From: Candidatus Poribacteria bacterium
GTDB lineage: Bacteria > Poribacteria > WGA-4E > WGA-3G
Length of the DNA: 64,000 nt
Reading direction: 5' to 3'
Assembly (NCBI GenBank): GCA_963665235.2
Contig: CAXXLX010000002.1
Location: 736,001 to 800,000, forward strand
Position numbers and translations under genes: made by a program. How positions within the stretch are numbered: position 1 is the stretch's first letter; every line of letters starts with the position of its first letter. This document shows positions 9,657 to 18,529 of this stretch, piece after piece. Below the pieces are notes generated by a model. That model searched no databases. It was not told where the DNA came from and saw only the letters and a list, made by a program, of their open reading frames with translations.

Positions 9657-10673
9657 ATGGTAATCGTTACGAAAACGGATGCCACCCCTGCTAATATTGA
9701 CGCGGTTGTCAAACGGATTGAAGACGCAGGGTTGAAAGCACAAGTGTCAACTGGTGAACAACGCACCGTAATCGGTGTTATAGGCGATAAATCATTACTT
9801 GGCGATATTCCGCTGGAATCCATGTCCGGTGTTGAACGCACAATGCCGATTACTGCCCCGTTTAAGTTAGCAAGCCGCGAATTTCGGAAGGAACCCACGG
9901 TTATCGCTTCCAATGGCACAAAAATTGGAGGCCGACGGTTGGCAGTTATGGCGGGACCGTGTGCAGTAGAAAGTACAGAACAAATCGTAACTATTGCACA
10001 GCACGTGAAAAAAGCAGGTGCCGGTTTTATTAGAGGCGGTGCATTTAAACCGCGCACAGGGCCTTACAGTTTCCAAGGCTTCGGAGCAGACGCACTCAAA
10101 ATGCTGGTCGCCGCGAAAGAAGAGACAGGCTTGGGCATCGTCACCGAAGTCATGACACCGCATGAGGTTGACCTCGTTGGTGAATATACAGACATCTTTC
10201 AACTCGGCACGCGGAACATGACCAATTTCTACCTATTACGCGAAGTGGGACGCGCGCAAAAACCTGTTATCCTAAAGCGTGGCCTCGCTTCAACGATTGA
10301 GGAATGGTTGCTTGCCGCCGAATATATCCTCGCTGAAGGAAATCCAGATGTCATGCTGTGTGAACGCGGCATCCGTACCTTTGAACCCCGCACCCGAAAC
10401 ACACTTGACCTCAACGCGGTCCCCCTCATTCACGAGCTGAGTCATCTCCCCATCATCGTCGATCCGAGCCACGGCACCGGCATTCGAAGTCTGGTGTGCG
10501 ATATGACAAAAGCCTCCGTCGCAGCAGGCGCGGACGGTTTACTGCTCGAAGTTCATCACGACCCTGATCGGTCCATGACAGGGGATGGGGCACAGTCGCT
10601 GTTCCCGGATCAATTTGAAACGTTGATGCGCGAACTCAAACCGATTGCTATCGCTGTCGGTCGAGAAATTTAA
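9657..10673 (+). CDS. aroF: 3-deoxy-7-phosphoheptulonate (DAHP) synthase, class I-beta with N-terminal regulatory domain
   Basis: Motifs [29 protein letters not shown] and DPSHGTG. Confidence 0.93.
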   Translation: MVIVTKTDATPANIDAVVKRIEDAGLKAQVSTGEQRTVIGVIGDKSLLGDIPLESMSGVERTMPITAPFKLASREFRKEPTVIASNGTKIGGRRLAVMAGPCAVESTEQIVTIAQHVKKAGAGFIRGGAFKPRTGPYSFQGFGADALKMLVAAKEETGLGIVTEVMTPHEVDLVGEYTDIFQLGTRNMTNFYLLREVGRAQKPVILKRGLASTIEEWLLAAEYILAEGNPDVMLCERGIRTFEPRTRNTLDLNAVPLIHELSHLPIIVDPSHGTGIRSLVCDMTKASVAAGADGLLLEVHHDPDRSMTGDGAQSLFPDQFETLMRELKPIAIAVGREI

Positions 10674-10734
10674 GCAGATACAACGGCGAGCATCTCCTAT
10701 TGAGAGGGGATACGTTTCTTGGAGGAAAACAGCC

Positions 10735-12288
10735 GTGACTGATTTTGAAACTAACCAAGACAAGGTTTACATTTTTGATACAACGCTACGCGATGCTGAG
10801 CAGACCCCCGGAGCCGCCCTCGGTATTGAGGAAAAGCTGGAGATTGCCAAACATCTCGCTAAGCTCAACGTCGATGTCATTGAAGCTGGCTTTCCGATTT
10901 CATCGCCCGGTGATTTTGACGCGGTACAACGGATAGCTAACGAGGTTGAAGGGCCCGAAATTTGCGCGCTTTCCCGCGTTGTGGAGAAAGACATTACAGC
11001 CGCCTGGAAAGCAATTCAGGACGCGCCCCGAGCACGTATCCATACATTTGTGGGCACATCTTCCATTCACATGGAACGTATCACACGCACAACCCCAGAA
11101 CGAACGTTACAGATGGCGGTTGATGCTGTCGCTTACGCAAAGAGTTTATGTGCTGAACACCCAGATGCCACCGTCGAGTTTTCACCGATGGACGCAGGAC
11201 GGACTGAGCTGGCGTACCTCTACAAAGTGGTCGAAGCTACTATTGCCGCAGGCGCGACCGTTGTTAACATCCCAGAAACCGTCGGATGGACGGTGCCATC
11301 GGAGTTTGGTGACCTGATTAAAGGTATCATGGAGAATGTACCGAACGTTAACGATGCCATTATTAGTGTCCACTGTCATAACGATTTAGGATTAGCAGTG
11401 GCAAACAGCCTGAGTGCAATTGAACAGGGCGCGCGGCAGGTAGAGTGCACTATCAACGGGCTCGGTGAACGGGCGGGGAATACATCCCTAGAAGAGATTG
11501 TCATGGCAATCCGAACCCGGCGAGACTACTTCAAAACGTACTACACCGATATTAACACCAAAGAAATTGTACCCATCAGCAAGCGAGTGAGCCGCACCAT
11601 GGGGATTGCGGTGCAACCGAATAAGGCAATTGTAGGCGAGAACGCTTTTGCACACAGTTCGGGCATTCATCAAGATGGCATTATTAAGTCGCGTGTAACG
11701 TTTGAAATCATCGACCCGAAAGAGGTTGGGTGGCAAGAGAGCCAGCTGATTCTCAGCCCACGCTCCGGACGCAATGCTCTGCGACACCGTCTCAGTGAAC
11801 TCGGTTACGAAATCGCACCGGAACAACTGGAGAAGGTTTATGAACGATTTCTGCGGGTTGCCGACAAGAAAAAAGCGGTACACGATGCGGACCTTGAAGC
11901 GATTATGAGCGATGAGATTCGCGCAGTACCCGCTGTCTTCGAATTGGACTACATTCAGGTAGTGAGTGGGACAAAGATTGCGTCTACAACCACGGTCGGG
12001 ATTCAGACAGAGGAAGGCATTGTGGAAAATGCTGCCACGGGGGATGGACCGGTTGATGCCGCCTTTAAGGCGATTAACCAGATTGTCAAAATTCAACTGA
12101 ACCTGATCGATTACCAGCTCCGTTCTGTGACGGAAGGCGAAGATGCCATCGGTGAGGTCATGTTGAAGATACAGGACAACGGACACATCATCACAGGGCA
12201 CGGCGCAAGCACAGACATTATTGAAGCGAGTGCAAAGGCGTATATCCACGCTGTCAATAAGTTAATTCAACTCCGCGCAGAGGGATAA
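10735..12288 (+). CDS. leuA: 2-isopropylmalate synthase
   Basis: FDTTLRD, HCHNDLG, GLGERAGN, HSSGIHQDG and a C-terminal GDGPVDA regulatory domain. GTG start after GGAGG. Confidence 0.93.
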   Translation: MTDFETNQDKVYIFDTTLRDAEQTPGAALGIEEKLEIAKHLAKLNVDVIEAGFPISSPGDFDAVQRIANEVEGPEICALSRVVEKDITAAWKAIQDAPRARIHTFVGTSSIHMERITRTTPERTLQMAVDAVAYAKSLCAEHPDATVEFSPMDAGRTELAYLYKVVEATIAAGATVVNIPETVGWTVPSEFGDLIKGIMENVPNVNDAIISVHCHNDLGLAVANSLSAIEQGARQVECTINGLGERAGNTSLEEIVMAIRTRRDYFKTYYTDINTKEIVPISKRVSRTMGIAVQPNKAIVGENAFAHSSGIHQDGIIKSRVTFEIIDPKEVGWQESQLILSPRSGRNALRHRLSELGYEIAPEQLEKVYERFLRVADKKKAVHDADLEAIMSDEIRAVPAVFELDYIQVVSGTKIASTTTVGIQTEEGIVENAATGDGPVDAAFKAINQIVKIQLNLIDYQLRSVTEGEDAIGEVMLKIQDNGHIITGHGASTDIIEASAKAYIHAVNKLIQLRAEG

Positions 12289-12318
12289 TTTCAATCGATA
12301 TCGGTATTCGGTTATCTT

Positions 12319-12469
12319 ATACCATTTCTAATTGAAAATGTCTCTTTATTGTAGCATAAACTTCCAGTTTGTGCCTCTTTATCGTAGCATAAACTTTTAG
12401 TTTGGGTCTTCCGTTCTCCGTTTCATTTCTAACAATCGGTAATGATAGAATAAGTAATAAAAATGGTAT
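12319..12469. mobile_element. ~151-bp MITE, copy A, with ATACCATTT terminal inverted repeats and two internal GTAG REP-like palindromes
   Basis: Near-identical inverted copy at 17687-17837. Confidence 0.7.
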
Positions 12470-12498
12470 AACATAAGAATTTACCGAGTGAACCACTT

Positions 12499-12771
12499 AT
12501 ACCAAATTTATCTGATTCATCGTGTTCACGGATCGCTCCGCTGGAGCGGAATAATGAAAAGAACAAGCCGGATTGTGTTAATTTGGTATTAGTCCCAGTA
12601 TTCGGGCGACAAGCCCGCTCCTCAAGGACGATATATTTATAGAAAACAACGCAACCCAGACAGACTAAACCCCAGTATTCGGGCAAACAGCCCGCTCCTT
12701 AAGGGTGATATGTTTATAGAATGTTGACTTATGGCCGGATGTGAAGACGATGAATCAAATAAATTTGGTAT
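12499..12771. repeat. Nested MITE-like cluster with ATACCAAATT ends and two ~50-bp direct repeats
   Basis: 12499-12529 and 12741-12771 are inverted repeats. CCCAGTATTCGGGC...CCCGCTCC...TTTATAGAA occurs at ~12594 and ~12671, and inverted at 17881-17930. Confidence 0.55.
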
Positions 12772-12896
12772 TACTCGATATCGAAACAAAAAAGTACAGC
12801 CGCGGGAAATCAAATAGCAGAGTCAGGCGAAAAGGGGTGCCCCGTAGTGTCAACCGACACAGCAGGGCTACCGGAGAAACAGTAGCAAAACGCTGT

Positions 12897-13952
12897 TCAC
12901 TTCTCCGCTTTTATCTCTCCCCATTCCACCTCTAACTTGCCCTCCGGAGAAACGGAGAAGGTCCCTAGCAACCAATGCGGATCGAACTCTCTATGTGGCG
13001 TGTCTGTGACTTGTGTCCACTTCCCCGTTGAGATTTTATACCGATAGATGTCATAATTGCGAAGCTTTGCCGGTGTATCCCACCCTGTTAGGTCTGCGGA
13101 AAAGAGAATTTCAGTGCTATCCGCTGCCCAGCAGGCGGAGGTGGATAACCACCAATCTTTGGGGATGTTCAACTTCTGCGGATTTCCACCGTTTTTGTCA
13201 ACCACAATCAGATGATTCGCAAGTCTAACTACCCGATCCTTTTCATATCTCTTATGAGATTCATAATACATAACGTGTTTGCCATCTGGAGACCAACGCG
13301 GCGCGTATTTCGATATCACCGTATCACCGATGAGATGCGGTTGAGGCCCATTGAGAAACGGACGTGTATTTTTACCAACCACATCCGTAATGTAGATATG
13401 TCTACCGCCCCCTGTGATAACCTGTTCATGCACAATATGACGACCATCCGGAGACCAACTCGGACGCGAGGAAAACGCATCGTTGTCTACATTCTCTGTC
13501 AGTTGTCTAATGTTGCCAGTAGACAGTTCTATAATATAGATTTCCGGCCAGCCACCCCTGCTGCTCGAAAATGCTAGGTGCCGACCCTCCGGGGACCAAG
13601 TATGAAATCCATCGTTTACGGGGTGATGAGTCAGGCGACGCTCATTACTGCCATCCGCATCCATGATAAAGATATCATACTGCTGGGCATTCGGATTTTC
13701 CGCTGTCGGTCCTAGGTTGCGTTCAAAAGTAATGTAGTTCCCATCTGGAGACCAGCGCGGCCTGTATTCCGAAACCGGTGTATTCATGAGTTGTCTCACA
13801 TTGCTACCATCGTCGTTCATGATGTAAATGTCACTTCGTCCGGTGGGGCTGGCTCTGAAAACAATCACCGCATGTGAGGCACCTATTTGAACCAGGATTG
13901 ACAACATGAGGAAGAGAATATTAAATTTCCAGTGTGTATACCTTGATAGCAT
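12897..13952 (-). CDS. TolB-like PD40 beta-propeller secreted protein with C-terminal WGxIK tail
   Basis: Signal peptide, PRWSPDG repeats, and the ending SVSPEGKLEVEWGEIKAEK. Paralog of 3479-4549. Confidence 0.8.
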   Translation of the reverse strand: MLSRYTHWKFNILFLMLSILVQIGASHAVIVFRASPTGRSDIYIMNDDGSNVRQLMNTPVSEYRPRWSPDGNYITFERNLGPTAENPNAQQYDIFIMDADGSNERRLTHHPVNDGFHTWSPEGRHLAFSSSRGGWPEIYIIELSTGNIRQLTENVDNDAFSSRPSWSPDGRHIVHEQVITGGGRHIYITDVVGKNTRPFLNGPQPHLIGDTVISKYAPRWSPDGKHVMYYESHKRYEKDRVVRLANHLIVVDKNGGNPQKLNIPKDWWLSTSACWAADSTEILFSADLTGWDTPAKLRNYDIYRYKISTGKWTQVTDTPHREFDPHWLLGTFSVSPEGKLEVEWGEIKAEK

Positions 13953-14025
13953 AACTTACCTCCTAAAACCCATGATAGGCGGAACACCTTGTGTCTCCCC
14001 TATCATGTAGGATGAAAGGGAATTC

Positions 14026-14553
14026 TTAATCAGCATCAATCCAAAATTCCAACCTGGCCTCCATTTTAACGTTCAAATCGGCTTCCTTCCGCACAGCCGT
14101 ATAGGCTTCGATGATATACTCACCTTCATTTTCGCCACTACAGTCTACACCCCGCACGTCAGGGTGCCAATAGCACTCGCCATTTTTGCTAAGCCGAGGC
14201 AGTGCCAATGTATCCTGATCAACGGGTCTTATGCTTATGATGTCACCCCGGTTGTCTCGCCTCAGGACTTCCGAAACACCATGCTGGAACTCGTAATTAT
14301 GGTCAGTATCAAAGCCGAGATGGTTCATTATCTGAAACCAATGCGAACTTGAAGTCCGACCTGTCTCTGAGTCATATCCTAAATCTCCAACCCAGACAGA
14401 AGCCCACATATTCAGTAATCTATCTTCGCCCCTGCCAGTCACCCAGGGCCACCACTTCTCGTTAGCATGGACAAGCTCGCTACCAGGGATAAACAAACTT
14501 ATTGCCAATAGGCTGCCTATAATAAAGGCCCACACTTTGAATGACGTTCTCAT
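14026..14553 (-). CDS. Secreted hypothetical protein
   Basis: AAGGAG RBS, signal peptide, 175 aa. Confidence 0.65.
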   Translation of the reverse strand: MRTSFKVWAFIIGSLLAISLFIPGSELVHANEKWWPWVTGRGEDRLLNMWASVWVGDLGYDSETGRTSSSHWFQIMNHLGFDTDHNYEFQHGVSEVLRRDNRGDIISIRPVDQDTLALPRLSKNGECYWHPDVRGVDCSGENEGEYIIEAYTAVRKEADLNVKMEARLEFWIDAD

Positions 14554-14841
14554 TTTACATTCTCCTTATTTTGGATCTCTTTAAAGAAACCCGTTTTTGG
14601 AAAAAATCAACGGAGGGTTTTACATAACCAATGATTTAAGCAGACTACACAATAACCCTCTGAATCATGCAGCTAGCTAATAATCTTAAAATATGATAAC
14701 ATTTTGCCCAAAAAAATCAATAGGAAACGATACAACGTCCAGGGTGATTTAGTTTGAAGAGCGGGCCGTTGGTTTCCCAAATACCGGTCTTCTATAGCAT
14801 TTTGAACAGATAGTGAACGCTGCCACACCAGAAATTATCCA

Positions 14842-15368
14842 GTGATAGCACCCAACGCCTAAATGCGTGGGCTTCGGTTTCATAGCAACTGCGGTTTACT
14901 CAGAGAGTTTACCGTCTAACGGTCGCTCCACCAGTAGGCGATTCCCCGCAGGTGAAACCCCTTTGGGCACATCAGGTGTAACACAACCCTGGCTATCCCC
15001 GCCTACCTCGTTCAAAACGAACGATATGTTGAGAAGGGGGCAGCAATACAACGTGAGGGGAGGAACAAATGACCTGCGGTCATCCGTTCCTCCCCGTCAG
15101 GATTTCACCTCTGCTACGATACACGCTTTCCGCGCAATTACGCGTTAGCTGCCCAATATACTTTTTAAGTGGTCTAACACTAACACTACACACCTTCTCA
15201 CGGGTGAGGGATAGCACCTGCACTGAGTAGTGTGCAGGGTGAGAATGCTATCCAAAAGTGCCAGTTTAATTATACCACATTTTAGAGAGAAAGTCAAATT
15301 AAAATTTCAACTTATGCGCCGCTACTACATCCCAAACCTAAAGGATTGGGTTTTGTAGCGGGGACTTG
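14842..15368 (-). ncRNA. Non-autonomous IS200/IS605-type element carrying a promoter and a ~420-nt structured RNA (copy 1)
   Basis: Left-end hairpin at ~15319-15362. TTGACT-17-TATAAT promoter at 15297-15269. Right end GAAGCCCACGCATTTAGGCGTTGGGTGCTATCAC. Homologous to 38562-39047 with compensatory changes. Confidence 0.7.
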
Positions 15369-15379
15369 ATAAAGCGGTC

Positions 15380-16876
15380 CTACCAATCTTCAACCAATTG
15401 CACCAGCAACCGTACCCCGTAGCCGGACGCGCCTTCAGGGACATAAGTACCACCTTTCATGCCCCAGGCCATGCCAGCGATATCGAGGTGAACCCACGGA
15501 TAGCCCTCGGCGAACTTTTTCAAGAACGCGCCGCCTGCAAGCGTGCCAGCAGTGCCATCCCCTATGTTCTGCACATCGGCAATCTTGCTTTTAACGCCTT
15601 CATCGTAATCGTCCCAGAGCGGCAATTCCCAGACACGTTCATGCGTTTTTTCTGCCGCGGCTTTTACTTTATCCATCAGCGCGGCATCGGTGCCCATTGC
15701 ACCTGCAGCGATATGCCCGAGACAGGTAATCACAGCCCCCGTGAGCGTGGCTAAATCGATAACACCTTTCGGTTCGTACCGCGCTGCCCATCCGAGGGCA
15801 TCCGCCAAAACCAGTCGTCCCTCCGCATCGGTGTTAAGGATTTCAATCGTTTTACCGCCGTAAGAGGTGATGACATCCCCCGGTTTAATAGCAGACCCGC
15901 CGGGCATGTTTTCGGTTGCGGCGACTAAACCGATGACGCGCACATTCGGTTTAAGTTGACCGATGACTTGCATCGCACCGACTACCGCTGCAGCCCCGGA
16001 CATGTCATGTTTCATCTCGTGCATGTTTTTACCGGGCTTAAGCGAAATGCCCCCTGTATCAAACGTAATCCCTTTTCCAACGAGGACGACGGTATCCTCT
16101 GCTTCTTCACCTTCAGGGGTGTATTCCAACATGATAAACCGTGGCTCTTCAGCACTGCCTTGTGCGACAGCGAGGAGTGTGCGAAAACCTTCATCTATGA
16201 GTGTTGCCTTGTCAAAAGCTTCATAAATAAGTCCTGTTTCATTAGCAACCTCTTGCGCTTTTTCAGCCAGCTGTGTGGGGGTGAGATGATTAGCAGGTTG
16301 ATTGCTCAAATCGCGAGCCAGAAGTGTGCCGTTAGCTATCGTTTGACCCCGTTTAACGATCTGTTCCAGTGCTGTGCTTTCAGCCTCGCTCCCCACAAGA
16401 AAAGACATAGATTCAAGGTTTTTATCTTCATCTTCATTCTCCTCACCGCTTTGGGTTTTGTGCTGTTTGAACTGGTAAAGCGCAAGGATACCCGCTTCAA
16501 CGGCTGCCTGTGCCCAATCGTCCTGCGTTTCGGGGGGAATTGGCACCGTGATAGATTTTAGTCCCATATCGCGCGCGTAACGGACCGTGTGTCCAGCGGC
16601 CTGACGTACCTGTTCAGCGTCAAGTTTCTCAAATGTGCCGAGTCCTACCAAGATGATACGCGGGGATTTTATTGCTCCGTTTGTATAGAGCACACTCGTG
16701 GTCTTCGGTTTTGCCTTGAAGTCGCCGAGGTTCAGGAACGTTTGAATACGTCCATCTAAAGCGGTGTCCGCGGCGAGAAGCAGCTCGTTGTGAAGATCAT
16801 CTTCAAGCACCGGGATAAGCACGGCATCGGTTTCTACTTGGCGAAAATCACCAATATTGACAGTAATGTTCATCAA
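15380..16876 (-). CDS. pepA: Leucyl aminopeptidase (M17)
   Basis: Motifs VGKGITFDTGG, MKHDMSG, NTDAEGRL and HLDIAG. Confidence 0.95.
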   Translation of the reverse strand: MMNITVNIGDFRQVETDAVLIPVLEDDLHNELLLAADTALDGRIQTFLNLGDFKAKPKTTSVLYTNGAIKSPRIILVGLGTFEKLDAEQVRQAAGHTVRYARDMGLKSITVPIPPETQDDWAQAAVEAGILALYQFKQHKTQSGEENEDEDKNLESMSFLVGSEAESTALEQIVKRGQTIANGTLLARDLSNQPANHLTPTQLAEKAQEVANETGLIYEAFDKATLIDEGFRTLLAVAQGSAEEPRFIMLEYTPEGEEAEDTVVLVGKGITFDTGGISLKPGKNMHEMKHDMSGAAAVVGAMQVIGQLKPNVRVIGLVAATENMPGGSAIKPGDVITSYGGKTIEILNTDAEGRLVLADALGWAARYEPKGVIDLATLTGAVITCLGHIAAGAMGTDAALMDKVKAAAEKTHERVWELPLWDDYDEGVKSKIADVQNIGDGTAGTLAGGAFLKKFAEGYPWVHLDIAGMAWGMKGGTYVPEGASGYGVRLLVQLVEDW

Positions 16877-16947
16877 AATTTCCTTTCAATTTCGCAATCG
16901 GGTAATTGTCTACATTCTAGCTATCGGTTGTTAGTCCAGAAAACCTG

Positions 16948-17256
16948 CTATTCAGATGCACGCATTCCGGTCAAGACGACAAGAGGTTCCGTACTCGTGA
17001 CGGTAATAGAGTGATAGGTGTTTGCGGGCACATCAAGGCGGTCGCCACGTTTGACGGTATCGTGGGCATCGGCAACCTTCACCTCTGCTGTGCCGGATAA
17101 CACACAGACCACCTCGTCTTGGCTGTGGATGTAATCAAGGTAGGCACCGCCCGGGCGGCCCGTCCACTGATACGCATTGAAACCCTCAGATTCCAACTGG
17201 CTCTTTAAAGCATCAATGTCCTCATTTTCTTCTAACCAACATGTTTTCCATTTCAT
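16948..17256 (-). CDS. Cupin domain protein
   Basis: HSQDEVVCVLSG and GDRLDVPANTYH cupin motifs. Confidence 0.8.
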   Translation of the reverse strand: MKWKTCWLEENEDIDALKSQLESEGFNAYQWTGRPGGAYLDYIHSQDEVVCVLSGTAEVKVADAHDTVKRGDRLDVPANTYHSITVTSTEPLVVLTGMRASE

Positions 17257-17582
17257 TTGCTAACTCCAAGTATGTCTGTTGCGTTTTGTGTATCATCATT
17301 TTCCGATGGCGTAACCTGAACTTCGATATGACGTTCCAACCGAGCTCGAAAGTCAGAAAGGCATGCCAAGCTGAAATGGTCATCGTCTCCGTTCCTAAGT
17401 TTCGAGATGTCTGTCGGGTCAACCGCCAGAAGTTTCGCTGCCTTCACGTTTCTCAACCGAGATTTCTTGAGAAGTGTAAATACCTCAAAAGTCAACTTCG
17501 TTCGAAACGACAAGGCTTCAGCCTCTTTATCAGAAAAACCTATATCCTTAAAAACATTTCCACTACTTTTCTCAAATTTCAA
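17253..17582 (-). CDS. XRE-family HTH regulator (HigA-like), with no adjacent toxin
   Basis: SSGNVFKDIGF N-terminus and AAKLLAVDPTDISKL helix-turn-helix. GGAGGT RBS. Confidence 0.75.
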   Translation of the reverse strand: MKFEKSSGNVFKDIGFSDKEAEALSFRTKLTFEVFTLLKKSRLRNVKAAKLLAVDPTDISKLRNGDDDHFSLACLSDFRARLERHIEVQVTPSENDDTQNATDILGVSK

Positions 17583-17655
17583 GAGGATTTACCTCCTCAG
17601 GACTTACGCAGCGCGTTGATAAATCCATTGATAATCGGATTTAGAGGAAGACTTA

Positions 17656-17680
17656 GCGGGCGAGGGGACCTCGCCCCTAC
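17656..17680 (-). repeat. GTAG-type REP palindrome
   Basis: Reverse strand reads GTAGGGGCGAGGTCCCCTCGCCCGC. Confidence 0.65.
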
Positions 17681-17686
17681 GATGTT

Positions 17687-17837
17687 ATACCATTTTTATT
17701 AATTATTCTATCATTACCGGTTGCTAGAAATGAAACGGAGAACGGAAGACCCAAACTAAAAGTTTATGCTACAAAATACACGCACAAACTGGAAGTTTAT
17801 GCTACGATAAAGAGACATTTTCAATTAGAAATGGTAT
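17687..17837. mobile_element. ~151-bp MITE, copy B (inverted relative to 12319-12469)
   Basis: ATACCATTT...AAATGGTAT termini. The internal sequence matches copy A. Confidence 0.7.
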
Positions 17838-18004
17838 TATATAACGTGAGCTTGATAATAAATGTCCGTTTGCGCTAACCTCTATAAACATATCGTCCCT
17901 AAGGAGCGGGCTGCTTGCCCGAATACTGGGCCTAAGAGTTGGGGCGGAAACGGCTTTCTGAAATTATATCCTGCACTCACGCCTCATATCAAAATGAACC
18001 ACCC

Positions 18005-18403
18005 TCACTCAATTTCTACGATCTGAATATTATTTCCGCAAGTATCATCGAAAACAGCAAAAATTGTTGTTCCTATATCAGTAGGTTCTACACTGAATTC
18101 GACTCCAAGGTTGATTAATCGCTCATATTCTTCCTGGACGTTTTCCACACTGAATTGGGTATATGGAAGCCCAGCATCAAATACAGCTTTTTGATACGTT
18201 TCGGCGGGTTTAAAATGGTTATCAGATAATGGTTCCAATAAAAGTTCAGGTCCGTCCTGTTCTTCTTTTGATACTACCGTAAGCCATCTGTCCCCATTTT
18301 CCAAGGGAATGTCCCTCTTCTTGACAAATCCCAATTTTTCAGTATAAAATTTTAGCGCACCTTCCTGATCTTTAACGAAAATGCTGGTTACTCTAATTTT
18401 CAC
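18005..18403 (-). CDS. VOC/glyoxalase family protein
   Basis: Motifs FVKDQEGALKFYTEKLGF and FDDTCGNNIQI. GTG start after GAGGT. Confidence 0.85.
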   Translation of the reverse strand: MKIRVTSIFVKDQEGALKFYTEKLGFVKKRDIPLENGDRWLTVVSKEEQDGPELLLEPLSDNHFKPAETYQKAVFDAGLPYTQFSVENVQEEYERLINLGVEFSVEPTDIGTTIFAVFDDTCGNNIQIVEIE

Positions 18404-18529
18404 AATGTTATTTACCTCGAATTCGCCCGATGAAGCGAACATTTTTTACAATTTCACTTAAACTTGCTTAAATGAAGATTTTAGAATTTAATTCGGTTCT
18501 GTTCTAAACAGCTCTTAACCGACAACCCA

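Noticed and set aside
11488-12249. Long antisense ORFs (e.g. opposite leuA, 25140-25757, 44109-44792)
   Set aside because: These are shadows of better-supported genes on the other strand, with no recognisable motifs.
14867-15148. Similar antisense ORFs in both RNA elements (also 38756-39022), starting MGFGF(I/V)ATAVYSESLPSN
   Set aside because: They have no RBS and run opposite to the promoter. Local frame changes occur between copies, and substitutions follow base pairing rather than codons. The frame does resynchronise, so coding is not fully excluded.
12319-17930. 5.6-kb invertible segment or composite transposon bounded by inverted repeats
   Set aside because: The repeat units occur in the same order on both sides rather than mirrored. 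No recombinase is present, and the cargo includes housekeeping pepA.
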